This document shows positions 41,597-54,883 of a stretch of DNA of 64,000 nt, one piece after another. Source of the DNA: Botryllus schlosseri (taxonomy: Eukaryota); contig CM119372.1 of assembly GCA_051294905.1 (NCBI GenBank), positions 6,202,001 through 6,266,000 on the forward strand. Reading direction: 5' to 3'. The notes under the pieces were generated by a model, which saw only the letters and a program-made list of their open reading frames with translations, made no database searches and had not been told where the DNA came from. Made by a program: the position numbers and the translations under genes. Within the stretch, counting starts at the first letter, position 1. Every line of letters begins with the position of its first letter.

Positions 41597-42720
41597 CTAT
41601 GAAATGTGGTGAACTTCCGAAGTTTCAAAACGGGGAGTTTGGGGATACATGCTCCTGTGAAAGTGCAGTCAATACAACGTAACAATACCTGTAACCAGTG
41701 TTGGGATGACTCGAGTCATGACTTGACTCGAGTCAGACTCGAGTCAACTTTTTCGTATGACTTGACTTGACTCGAGTCACTTTGGAAAAATGACTTGACT
41801 TGACTTGACTCGAAGCTTCAAAAATGTGCATTGACTCGTGACTCGGAGCAAAATTTACGAGTCAAATTCAAGTCATCAAGTAAACGGTGTCGAATAAATC
41901 ACTGTATTTTGTGTATGTTCAGATTGTTCGAGATACGCCGGTGTCATTTGTGAGACTGTCTGAGCAACGATTCATTCACCAATTTACCGTTTCACTGAAC
42001 CTCGATTGTTAGATCACAAATAAATGGACCGCAAACTGAACAAGAACAGCTTACGTTGTCGTAGTAGTAGTAGTAGAAGAAGATTTAACTAAATAGCAAT
42101 GTGTCTCTGTTTCTTAGGCGGCCCAATGCTTACGTTTCGCAGCGCTCACCTTTACCAAACTTCTTGTATGATTTAAATCGAACAAATATAGTTTGTGCGT
42201 TGATATTCTAACGGGTGTGTAGATGGGTATTGTAGGCTATCGTACCATATCAATTTGTTTATTAGGTCCTATATTTTGGCTGATAATAAGTGACTATAGC
42301 ATGTAGCTGTAAAGTTACTCACGTATTTTATTAGCAGTTCTACGTGTGCGCGGGGGATACAACGTCGTTTTGCATGTATATTTAACTAGATATTCGTTAT
42401 TTGATTCAAGAAAAATGATCAATTAATCTGTCTTTCACCCGGCCAGCAAAATGTAATGACTTTGAATCATCACTCATACTTCGAAGATCCAATTTGACTT
42501 GAATTGTGACTTGACTCGTGACTTGACTTGACTTGACTTGACTCGACTTGACTCGAGTCACCTCCAAAAAACGAGTGACTTGACTTGACTCGAGTCACCT
42601 TAGAAAATCGATTGACTTGACTTGACTCGAGTCAAAATCTGCAATGACTCGAGATGACTCGTGACTGGAAGGTAGTGACTTGATCCCAACACTGCTGTAA
42701 CGATGGGTATTACCGGAAGG
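41597..42720 (+). pseudogene. Dead sushi pseudo-exon (copy of 38161-38367) split by a MITE
   Basis: The upstream intron and acceptor match 38115-38160; MKCGELPKFQNGEFGDTCSCESAVNTT* then the MITE, then DGYYR; 3' part lost. Confidence 0.85.
41696..42694. mobile_element. hAT-type GACTCGAGTC MITE (reverse orientation)
   Basis: TIR CAGTGTTGGGAT; CTGTAAC duplicated on both sides. Confidence 0.92.
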
Positions 42721-44033
42721 GGTTTTTAGGTGGTATTTATTGTATTCAAGCCGTTTGTCGACTACTATGGTCATTGGTCATTTACACCTGGCCAGTTCTT
42801 TACATTTTTATTTCGTAACTGTCGACTTGTAGATACTTCTATAGGCTTTTATAAGACACCGCTTGCACGGATGAGATGGCGAGGAGGAGCCTAGATAACC
42901 CTCGAACACATAAGTAGGATTCCTGGAGTCGACTCGGCGGTTTTAAGTAGTAGTAGTAAGTCCAAAATGTTCTGTAGCTGAAGCCACTGTAAATAGACGA
43001 TGTAAAAATAACGTCACCTGTGGTGCAATTTCACATTCGTATTATCGCGATGCATAAAATTCACAACTATAGGAAAACAAACCAACTGTTAAAATTGGTT
43101 AACTAGGATACCAAATAAAACAGACTAATTGATCAGTATATAGCAGTGCTTTTCAACTTTTTTGAGCACCATTCGCACTTTTTTCACGAAAAAGAATTCA
43201 TTCAAATCAACCAAAAATTGTTATACAAAAAAATGAAGATACTTATCAAAATTTTTTTCGGATGTTCAACAAGTAGGCTATACTGGTTTAGGCCATGAAG
43301 TGTCTCTTTTAAAACACATTTTATTTCCTCCTTTCTGGTTTAACTACAGTGTACTAAAATCCTTTTCTGTCAAATAGTTGTTGGGTTTTGAACAAGAACT
43401 CCTAGCGCTTGGATGGCCAGGTCTTCATAACAACCACCTAACACTCCCATCCAAAATACACCATATTTTCCACGAGTGGCAAACGCGTTCTGACAGAAGC
43501 AAATGTTTTAGTGGCATATCGCGACCCAAGCCTCACACTTCAAAAAGAATGCATTGTTAACATTAATATGCTACGATTTTACGGACATGTCAAATTGTAC
43601 GGGTCGCGGTATAAAAAGTATAATAACCACTGCCTTAAGAGCCCTTAAAGGAAAAAACAATATTTACAGTAACATGCCAATGTGAGTCTATAATGATGAT
43701 ATTTACTGCTATCTTCGCGCCTCGCAGCAATCAATCCGTTATTGAAAAATAAGATAATTGTTCAGAGAAAGGGAGCTGAGTGTCGCAGGCTCAGACGAGC
43801 TGATGCACTGTATAGGCCGAGCCTACCGACCACTAATCCCGCTTTTGAACCTGTTTCCTATTAGGCTTATTTAAGCCTTTCCACGTCAAAAAGGGACAAT
43901 TATTTACGATTTTCATCCGCGCACTCATCCGGATTCCCATTCGCCTCATCCGCACCACGTTCGTCACTCGCACTGCAAATATTTTCATGCGCACGAGTGC
44001 ACACCACCCCACAGGTTGAAAAGCACTGATGTA

Positions 44034-44994
44034 GGGGAGATGTGGTACCGATGGATCACTGGGACCGAAAATACTAGAAAAATTCTCCATTATAATTCCA
44101 TGATTACACTCCGTGAATTTGTCTACAATTACCTACTGACAGAATCTTTCCTCACATGCAAAAAAATTCGACCTGCGTGAGTTATGGGGTCTGTGACGAA
44201 TGATTTACGTTTTAATGGGTGTAAAGTAAATTTGGATCGACATTTGCATTTTTCTTTATCACCTTTCAGACTAACAAACCCGCCATAATTTTTGATGTGA
44301 AGTATAGGGCTTGTATCAGGGTTTATAATGGCACATATTTTTTTAAATCAATACCATCCTCGAGTGGACTATTTTCAAGTCAATTACAATATTTATGGGG
44401 TGGGGGACCTATGATACCATAGCCAAATCAAGCAAAATAGATGGACCAACTAATCACTTAACAACAGAGACTCGACTACATACATATAAGCTGTAAATCA
44501 TAGTTACCTGTGGTGTTTTATCGCTATTACGAGGTATTTGAATGTAAAAATGTCGATTTGCGGGTAATATGTACGTGGCATTATTTTGTAAGTTTAGGCG
44601 TAAATCAGAACATGATTTTATGCCAATATTTGAGTTGAGATAATCTACTTTATTTTTGAAGGTCGCGACTAAACATTCTTCATTGGCTTGCTGTAGCTTA
44701 GCTTATAGTACACAACAAAACAAGTTAACAAATTTGAGTTTTTGAGCGTATGTCTCATAGGTCTCATGGTTGTGTGCCTTTGGACCCACCGGGTGGGGAC
44801 CGATGACACGTTCGAGCAACAAATTTTAAACGTTTATAATATTTTTTGAAAAGGCGGATATTCATGTAAATGTCCGCGATAGATAGACCTTGTATGGAAG
44901 TGTTGAGACAGCAAAAGATCTACTATTTTCGGCTGAAGATTTGAGGACCAGAGATCATTTTGCAATTTTTGATCCATCGGTACCACATCTCCCC
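44034..44994. mobile_element. Non-autonomous DNA transposon with TA TSD (Tc1/mariner-pogo-like)
   Basis: Perfect 25-bp TIR GGGGAGATGTGGTACCGATGGATCA flanked by TA; absent at the paralogous site near 54725. Confidence 0.85.
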
Positions 44995-45033
44995 TACGAT
45001 ATATCATACTCACCGTATAATTGCCAATCACAG

Positions 45034-45150
45034 ATATCGACGAATGCGCCTCGAGTCCGTGCGACACCAACGCCAACTGCACCAACTCAAAAGGAAGCTT
45101 CACTTGCACATGCAATACCGGATATTCCGGAGACGGATTCACTTGCAAAC
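45034..45150 (+). CDS. Gene B exon 5: calcium-binding EGF (phase 1-1)
   Basis: cag|AT...AAA C|gtgcgt, 117 nt; DIDECASSPCDTNANCTNSKGSFTCTCNTGYSGDGFTCK. Confidence 0.9.
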
Positions 45151-45511
45151 GTGCGTCGAGTTACACTTTTTACTGTGTAATCCGGTGGTCGGCAATCCCC
45201 GGCACGCGTACTATTTGTGACACGCGATATGATTTGTCATGGCACGCCAAATGCTTTGACGCACACGACATATTACTGGTGAAAGACGGGAATTTTTGAC
45301 GTTATATATTTTGGGTAATTATAAATAACACATTAAATAAAATCGGTATCGCGAGATACACAGGAAATGAAACATATGTATCGGTAATTATGTTTTGGGT
45401 ATAATATAGATTGAATGAAGTCTGTGCACTATCTCGATGTTGGACAGGAAATGTGGTATGACATGATTTGTGTAAAATGCGAAATATTGAGAGGTAGTAA
45501 TTCGTATTTAT

Positions 45512-47840
45512 CAGTGGCGGCTCGTCCTATAGGGCAACTGGGGCATTGCCCCACCTAAAATTCTGTTCAATAACAATTCTTTACCATTTAAGACGCACAA
45601 CAATCTATATATACCGAAATCACAGCGAAAATCGTATTCTTCTTGTCCTTTCGCTTGTAAATGCCCATATATAGCGAAGTCTCTGCGAAAATCGAATTCT
45701 ATCTGTGTTTTCGCTCTGCGAATGCCTAGCCGGGGCATGCCCCGGTAGCGCTCATAACAAGCTTTCACTGTCTATTCTCTCAAAGCCGCGCACAATAAAG
45801 AAACGGTGACTTACTCTCTCCTATTCATAAAATTACCGAGCAACCGGGGCTCAATAGGTCTGTGCCCCTAAGGTGTGATGTAACAATCGTATCTATAGCT
45901 GAACTCGGTTACCGTCATATGCGTTTAATCGACCTTTGCTGGTATAGGTCGATTTTGATGGTGTTTCACACCATGAAAACTCTTGAAACTTGGTATGTCA
46001 TGTCGTGATGGTGGTATTTAACATTGCTCCAAGTTTCAGGGTTTCTACTTAAAGTTTAGGGTAGTAATTCCGTTTCCGAAGTTGAGTGTGTGCTGATCCG
46101 TCATGTATCGCAAACAGATTTTACTCGAAAGCCGGTATTGGTATCCATTGATTTTGACGATGTTCCATACTGAGATCGGTAATGACGTTTGGCACGGTAA
46201 GTCTTAATGTTGGTATCGAAAGCTGTACCAATTTTTAAGTTTGTCACTGAACTATGTTAGTGGTAATTTCGTTTCCTAAGTCGAGTGAGAGCTGACTCGT
46301 CATTTATCGCTAACAGATTTTACGCAAAGCCGGTATTGGTCTCTATTGATTTTAACGATGCTCCTTGCCTAGATCTGTCATGAGCTTTTGCACGGTGTGT
46401 TTTGATTTTAGTATCGAACGCTGTGCCAAGTCTCAAGGTTGACACTCAATGATTAGGGCAGTAATTTCGTTATCAAGGTCGAATATGGTAGATATGTGCT
46501 CTGATCTGACACTTTAGCCTACAACGCATTGCGGATTTCATGCAAAAGCCGGTGTATCTGTGGTAACGTTAACTGTGTTCCATACTGAGATAGGTGACGA
46601 GATGATGATATCATTCTCATTTGCATTCAAATATTTACTTTGATATTATATTCTACAATGTCAATTTCACCGTGAAATTGTGGCCTTCAAGCCATTTGCT
46701 TACAACCCCCTGTCAAGCGCGATAGCTATTTCGTTTTCGATGTCGGCTAACAGCTGATCACTTGATCAGCCTATTCCTCAGTAAATTTTACGCAAAGTTC
46801 GGTCTGTTCGCATTAATTTTGACAGTGTACCATACCGAAAAGGGCCATGAGGCTACTTCTCGATGATGTCGCGTAACAGTGTACTAAGTTTACGGCTTTC
46901 ATCCACGTATATATTCGGTAATATATTTTCCAAAGGCGATTTCGCAGCAGACCTATAGACAGTAATAAAACCATATGTGTCGTGTTACAGTCTCCAGTTT
47001 CAAGGCCAAAATCTCCTATGCTGTACCGAGACCGAGTTTCCGAGACTGCTATTCTCTTCGGAATGATGACAGGCCCAATGTATGAGATAACAATTTGGTA
47101 TGGGTATGTGTCCGAACTCGTTGACCTTTCCAATTAGGCTTACGCAATCTCTCGAGTTATAGTCATTTCCATTTCTGCAGATAATTAGTCAGGTCTAGTG
47201 CGAACATGAACCGCGTTGAATCTTTGTTCCGTACGCCGTTTACGCAGTTACCACACTTCAAGTCACAGCTCACTGGCAGACCTCTCGTGGCACATACGTT
47301 AAAACCACTGTTGTCGGGAAATTCATGTTACCGTAACATCATTAAGTTACTTGTTTACGTTGGAAAACGCCATTGTGACGTCATCTTGATAAAAAGTCGC
47401 TTGCAGCCCTTGCCCCACCACCCAATATTGTCACGAGCCGCCACTGAGTCAAGGTGTCATGCGAATGCTCTTTGTAGGTAGTTGGTCTGTGTATTTTTGG
47501 TATAGTCTTACTCGGCGCTTGCGTAATCTCTACCACGAAATCATAACGCATGCTACTAAGGATAACCTGATGATTGATTCGTGGCATGGGAACGATTCTT
47601 AGTTCGCGTACATTTTGTAAAATAATCATTTGAATAAAAAACAATGAATAAAACATTTGTTACCGCACTTCAAGTCACGCCACCGGCAAACCTCTCGCGG
47701 CACCTACGTTAAAAATCATTGTTTACGGGAAATTCATGTGGCCATCATGAACGTTGAAAAACGCTACTGTGACGTCATATTGATAACAAGTCGCTTGCGG
47801 CCCTTGCCCCACCACCCGATATTGTCACGAGCCGCCACTG
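45512..47840. mobile_element. hAT-type non-autonomous element with a duplicated right end
   Basis: TIRs CAGTGGCGGCTCGT/ACGAGCCGCCACTG, perfect TSD GTATTTAT; a second right TIR ends at 47446; internal degenerate repeats of about 200 bp. Confidence 0.9.
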
Positions 47841-50060
47841 GTATTTATATATGTATGTCATACACGTAAATATTAATTCATCAAGTCATTCAATTCGGTT
47901 ATATCCAATTCGACATCTTTACTTTGGCACGGTTTCCTCAATAAATAATTACAAGTGAGAAAGAAAGAAAGAAAGAAACAATAAAGTTGTCCTTATGAAT
48001 TTTCTATACGTGTGTACCAGACAGACTCTGTGGTACGTGAGTCGAAGTCCTTCACTGTCGTGGACGCCTATCCGTCGAAAGGAAGATATACGCAGCGAAT
48101 CTACAAGTAACCTTCTAAAGTCAGATTACACAAATATAACATCTCAAAGACTTTCGCCCTGCGGTAGGCTATATGAGACAATTTTATTTCCTCATTTTTA
48201 TTTCAACTACAGTGCACTAAAATCTTTTTCGGTCAAATAGTTGCTGGGATTTGAACAAGAACTCCTAGCACCTGGATGGATATGTCTTTATAAAAACCAT
48301 CCAACACTCCCATCCAAAATGCACCATATTTTACGCGAGTGGTAAATGCTTTTTGACAGATGCAAAGGCTTTAGTGGCATATCGCGACCCAAGCCTCACA
48401 CTTCAAAAAGAACGCAATTTTAAAATTAATATGCTACGATTTTACGGGCATGTAAAGTTGTACGGGTTGCGGTGTAAAAAGTTTAATAACCACTGCCTTA
48501 ACCCAGCAAACATTTGATGGTCCACATATAGCCCTCGGACGTACGATCAAAAGTCCCTGACCTATCCCCTACACTGTTCACTCGGACTGGAGGTGTTGAA
48601 TCCCCCCGACGTTCACTCACTGGTCAGTGACCGTCTGGTAAATCATTCCCGGGCCAGTGGAGGGAGAAAGTTGGAACGAATTTATCTGGCACTGGCAAGA
48701 CATACCTGGGCAGTGCGCTTCTGCCTCAGCTACCCCTACCATCACCAGGATCTAACTAGACGCACCAACTTACAAGATTGATTTTTCGTTTCCGAAACTT
48801 ATATTAGCATAAAAATATCAACATAAAAAAAAAACTGAAAACAGCAGAAAGCTAACTGTAACACCACACAGTCATTGACAATATCATTAATCAATCAAAA
48901 TAAAGAAAGTTGGTCGATGAGAGTGAAAACGAGGCAATACCCGCTGCACACTACACATATGCACACTTGCAGACAACAATTCCTCTCGCTGGTAACATCT
49001 TCAACTTCATACAGGTAGACGAGTCGGATTGATGATGATGAACGCCTTTACCAAGTATCTTTGCCATCTCGAGTGCAACGTTGAGACAAGATATTCAGTT
49101 TCTTTGCATTTTCTTTCTGAAATATTTACCGAGAAATTAATTCCAGCAAACATGAAATAATCCTTCAAAATGCTAGCATATTCGGAATACCTTGATGCAA
49201 ACATTACAGATTACTTAATATGACATGATGTGCATATGGCAAAGACCATGAATATAACAGAATTTGTGACTTTGTTAGAACTGTGGATAGAAATCACTCA
49301 ATACAAAGCATTCAAGACACGAAAAGTGTCACAACTAGAAGCGAATGAGTTGTAATAAACTACTTGCCGGTCTTTCTACTGCAGCGGGAGAACCCTAGGG
49401 AAGGGTCTCATTGCAAACACTCGAACAGCAAACGGCTGCATACCAGGGAATAGCTGCCAACTACTTTACTTGACTAGCATTAAAATAAAAACGACAATTA
49501 TAGTTACACCATATTGTCCAAATCTGATTCGCAAACGGAATTGGATTAGAATTAAAATAAGGGCACAGAAACATTTCCAAAGTTAGATTAGAATTAGATC
49601 AGCCGCATTTCGCTCCAATTAATCTGTAATTGGACAACTGGAATCATCTAGTTCTAGTCGGTCAAGTCTGCCTCAAGAGACTATTACATTATGCTACTTG
49701 ACTAGCAGGTGCGTATCCCGGCGGTTCGAAGGTTCAGCCCCCCCCATCATTATTTCAAGTGTTGTCAATGGTGGCAATCGACTGTGCACAACGGCAGGTG
49801 CAGCAAGCAGGCAGAGACTCGACACTTTGATTGTGGCCTTATTGCTGATGGGATGTTCAAGCCTGTGGTGACGTCGTGTGCAAATTTATCAATGACCAGA
49901 TTTCACATTCAAATGAATAACAGTATCAGTGGGAGGTCTCGTGCCGCTGCGCAGTCGATTCTCACGAATTGGCAGCACGCAACACTTGAAATGGGGGGGG
50001 GTTTCGTTTCTACCCCCCTAATAAGGACAAAATTTTAGCAAAATGGTGGTTCCGGTAATC

Positions 50061-50787
50061 CAGGGCTGGCCAACCTTTTCAGCCAAAGGGCCACATTCGA
50101 TTGACGAACTTTTGCGCGGGCCACTATCCGCGCGAAGCGCGAAAATTTTTGGAAGTTCATAGGTCAATAATATTGTCACTTGACTATATTGCGGGCCTGC
50201 TGTGTATCCCTGAGCTAAGTTTGCGAGGACTGGGCTATTCAGCGCATGGACATATCGATATCGAAAGCTGCGACCAACATGCGTCAATCATTTCGTGCCT
50301 AGGTCTAGTGGACGGTCTTACTGCGAGCGCAAACGCAAGGTCGCATATGTTGAACGACACTTTGTCTCATGATCGCTAATATAGTTCGACTCAATCTGAT
50401 ACTTGGTCATTGGGTGTTCTTCAATTTTCACAAAAATGCAACAATATTAAGAACAAGAAATCGAGTGACAACATATTGCGCTAAGCTTGTAGAAAATTTT
50501 TACCTTTGATAAATCTATCGCAAATTATTCTGCTTTATTGTAGTGTACGAAGATATACCAATATATGAATGGTTGATGGATCTGTCAATGAGTCGAAACT
50601 GATAGTTTAGTCATCACATCTCAAGTGTTGCGGCCTGACTAATCAGATATTTGGTTGGCCTTGCAAGTTCACAATCTGTGCAATCCGTTTTTGATGATAT
50701 TAGAAATTTCGGAAATTACCTCGCGGGCCACTCAAAACCTTCTCGCGGGCCACATGTGGCCCGCGGGCCACGGGTTGGCCGGCCCTG
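50061..50787. mobile_element. hAT MITE nested in the CMC element
   Basis: TIR CAGGGCYGGCCAACC, perfect TSD CGGTAATC. Confidence 0.92.
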
Positions 50788-50821
50788 CGGTAATCTAATC
50801 CTCACCTAATTAAGGGGAAGT

Positions 50822-50962
50822 GTTTATGCTCTTATTATAAAAGTTGGGAAAATTGTGTAGCTATAATTGTGTATTAAAGTTGGGAAAATTGTGTAGCTGT
50901 AATTGTGTAGCTATAGTTTATGCTCTTATTATAAAAGTTGGGAAAATTGTGTAGCTATAATT
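50822..50962. repeat. Short tandem duplication array
   Basis: AAAGTTGGGAAAATTGTGTAGCT three times and GTTTATGCTCTTATTATAA twice. Confidence 0.85.
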
Positions 50963-50979
50963 CTAATGCTTATCAACTG

Positions 50980-52880
50980 GAGTAGTATTCCGCATTGGCG
51001 GCATTGACAAAATAGATACACCAAGAACCAGTGCATCATAGCAAGGTTCCACACTACCCATCATCTCAGCCCACCAATGAATATTACAGCAAGCCCCTAA
51101 ATTAGAGATTGTGTTGAACAATTTAGAGACAGCTTGACATATTCACATGTTCAACTTACGATGATTTGGTATAGACTCAGTTTACACAGAGCTCTTTTCT
51201 TTTCCTTTCTGGCTTTCGGAGAGTATTCGCTCCAAACTCAATCAGTTGCAACTCTTCGGTACAATTTTCCTTGTGAATGCGACAACAACGGGAGTCATTG
51301 GTTTTGCCTGGAAAGATATGACAAGTTTTAACATTACGACAATGTCATAAAACCCATGTGGAAAGGCTTAGGGCCTACTGTATCAGAAAAAACCAAGCGT
51401 ATTGTAGCGCAGCAAGCACTTGCAAAATTATTACTGAGACAAACAGAGAGATGATGAACACCGAACGATCACAAGATACCCTATTCCATGTGTAGTATTA
51501 CGTAAGACAATTCTTTATTATATACTATTCATTTACTCAGGCGTGTAGCCTGGGGGGTCAGGGGTCGAAACCAATGTGTGCACAATGTAACGCGACGTCA
51601 TAACACCCCGCAATTCGTCGCCTCTGGCTGTACTGTACAGTACAATATACATCATTCAATAGAACACCGGCATCTCAATTCGCATGAAACGACGACACAT
51701 GTTTTCTAGATGTTCGGCCACAATAATTTTTTCAAATGTGCGAATCGAATTAGAACTACCCAATTTAAAAAAATCCTTAATGGGTAGTTTGTACAGTCTG
51801 AATTATGGTGATATACTTTATGAATAAACTACTTTTCACACTAAAATTAACGACCACGAAAACGAAATAAACCAACACACAGGTAAAACACGGGTAAATA
51901 TATGAGTATGGTTACGCAATATAACCATTATCCTCTATGCGTATGCATCAGACAATTAATATTGCATCTACCTTGGTCTGTCGATTTTTGTTTTTACATG
52001 TGCATGGCGCAACACAGATGCAATGTCGTAGCCCTTTTCCGAAACAGTTGTATGAATATTGCAACAAGCACCTAAATAGAAAGATAGCATTAAACAAAAC
52101 ATAATAGACAACAAACTAGTTCAACCTACAATATATGATCATGTATAAACTCAGTGCACAGCTCTCTTCCCAGTTCAGCCCTTCAATGAGAATTCGCACC
52201 AAACTTTATCGGTTGAAACTCCATAGGCTAGAGCATTCTTCTTACATAGTCATTCATGGTGGACGCCCTGAGGGGATTCATTGCTGATACCTGAAAAATA
52301 ATTAAAAGTTGACACATCTTCATGAATGTGCCATAAAACTCTATAGGCTATAACGACGTTTACCTACATCAGAATACCAAGGATATTTTTTTATGAAAAG
52401 CAAGTTATAAGAAATTATTACTGGGACGATCAAGGAAACGATAAATAGCAAACGCCCACAAGATATTTATTCTACTTATATCACACAAGACAGAAGTCTG
52501 AATTATATCCTAATCATTTTCCATACCTCTCGAACGAAGCTTTCCAGTTCTACAACACCCTCAAATGGTTGCGGAATGATACCGTATCTTCAATAAGCAT
52601 TACTCCAGTTCTGTTCCGTGGTTTTCATTGGATATTTGGGGCTGGTTGGCAGACTGTATAGTTTCTGCATCAGCAACTTTACGTTCCTCTTACAATCGTT
52701 TTTCATGTCTTTTATTGCGATATACAGCGAGTGGTGATGGATCCGATATTCAACCAGGAACAGCAATCTTGGCCGAAATGCTCCCGCCATTATCCACTCT
52801 TGCTTTAGCTAGAGATCATTTTCTCTTCACCCAATCTACTTGATATATTTTTTACGTGAATTTCTCTTGTAGATATAACT
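50980..52880 (-). pseudogene. Two tandem decayed spliced genes with DUF4806-like motifs inside the CMC element
   Basis: Exon 52290-52130 (YVRRML..VSTDKVWCEFSLKG*TGKRA) and exon 51307-51160 (LYRRVATD*VWSEYSPKARKEKKRALCKLSLYQII), each followed by an exon starting ACCNIH. Confidence 0.55.
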
Positions 52881-54766
52881 GTAATAGGGCTGGCTAGAAT
52901 TGAATATCAGTACTTTAATAATACAATTCCGAATCCATGCATTAATATCTGCAATATTAGCGAGCACGATTATGAGTACATTGAGTAGGTATGTTCAACT
53001 CGATCAAATCCTGTCAAAATGCTACCATCATATCCATTCCTAGTTCTAAACCACAGAACAGTAGCTCTTACCTCATGTTGATCGAGAAATCAAGTTTGAT
53101 AGCAATAATAGGACGTACTATATATAACAGTATGAAATGAACTCTAAACAACACCGAACATGCGTCATTGCTATAATATAAGGATTCAATAACCAACCAA
53201 GCGCATTCTCGCTGTGGGCATAAGCCACTTCTGACTAGATAGATAGATAATTATATTTGTGTGTAGCGCTTTACGCTATATACACAGTACGACTATAACA
53301 CTAACCGTATCATTGACTCACTACGCTAACTAGAGCCAGTAGTTATAAGCAACCAACGAGGTAAGTGACGCAAAGCAGATTCCCTAATGCTTCTCTCGCC
53401 GCTGACAGCAAGTTCGAACTTGCCAGACGAAAATTTGAGTCACGTGACTGTGTGCACTGAGACAATGCGCATGTAGGGAAAAACGCTAATGATCTCATCC
53501 ACGAAGGCCACAACGAGACGATCGTTAACAATGTTCAGTGATGTTCAACGCAGGAACTTCGGTAAAACACCTTATATGACGGTACAGTACGGTATAGTTT
53601 ATGACATGCTCGAAATAAAAGTTCGAAAGAACCATCAACTCCTCAATACCAGCATATAATTCCGATCAAGCCTAATATATAATCCCGATCAAGTCATAAA
53701 CGAAATACAGATTCATTGTGCGCAGACGCCATTTCTGCCGACCGGTTGAGCCCATTTTAGCGAAAAACGCTATAAACGTATCTGACGACGTGAAGCACGC
53801 GAAAGGTTCGTCACATATCTTTCGGAATTGCGAATGTTCACCGCAGGAACAAACAGTAACGCGACAGCTGAAAAGGCATAGAAATCGTAACGCCTAAAAG
53901 CTTGAAATGAAGGCCCGACATGGAATATATTGACCATTCAATGCCAACATGCATAATGCGGTTATACGCCACCACGTCGCTGAAGAATCAAGTCAAGTGA
54001 CGATTTTCTTTCAAACTATATTCTTGAAATATTTTGAAAGGATGAAATATGTGCACTTATCAGCACAGGAACTTGAGATGTTGGCTTTTTAGCTGAAACA
54101 ACGTGTAAATATCCGCACACTGTCAGAATGTAATATCCATCGGACATTCGACTTGGAATTTCAGTGGACTCTCCTAAATGTTGGTTCGGAGGTATGTTCT
54201 TGGATATCCGAGAAGGACAGTACCAAATCTGGATAGCCTAGTATATGCCCCCGCATGTCCAAGCGGACACTCAGACACTCGGACACTTCTCGGACCCAAC
54301 TCGGATGGCCCACGACAATTGGGTGTTTGCTGGGAAGAGCCCATGAAGTGAAAAAAATAGTATTCACAGTAACTTGCCAATGTGAGATTTACTGCTATCT
54401 TCGTGCCTCGCAACAATCAATCCGTCATTAGAAAATAAGATGATTGTTCAGAGTAAGAAAGTTGAACGCGCGTGTCACAGGCTCAGACGACCTGATGCAT
54501 TATATAGGCCTATAGTCTACCGGACACTGCATCCCGCTTTCGAACCTATTTCCTATTAGGTTTATTTGAGCTTTTCCACGTCAAAAAAGTAACAATTATT
54601 TACGATTTTCGTCGGCACTCATCCGTATTCTCATTCGCCTCATTCGCACCAAGTTTGTCACTCGCACCGCAGTTTTTTTCATTCGCACAAGTGCGTACCA
54701 TCCCACAGGTTGAAAAGCTCTGATGCAGGTTATATCATATACTCACCGTACAACTGCCAATCACAG

Positions 54767-54883
54767 CTATCGACGAATGCGCTTCGAGTCCGTGTGACAC
54801 CAACGCCAACTGCACCAACTCAGAAGGAAGCTTCACTTGCACATGCAATACCGGATATTCCGGAGACGGATTCACTTGCGAAC
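54767..54883 (+). CDS. Gene B exon 6: calcium-binding EGF (phase 1-1)
   Basis: cag|CT...GAA C|gtgcgt, 117 nt; xIDECASSPCDTNANCTNSEGSFTCTCNTGYSGDGFTCE. Confidence 0.88.

Larger units (their letters stand above)
48502..54334. mobile_element. 5.8-kb CMC/EnSpm-type DNA transposon (decayed)
   Basis: TIRs CCCAGCAAACA...TGTTTGCTGGG, 2-bp TSD AA; empty site CCTTAAGAGCCC at about 43633-43644 in the paralogous segment; TCGGAC subterminal motifs. Confidence 0.85.
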
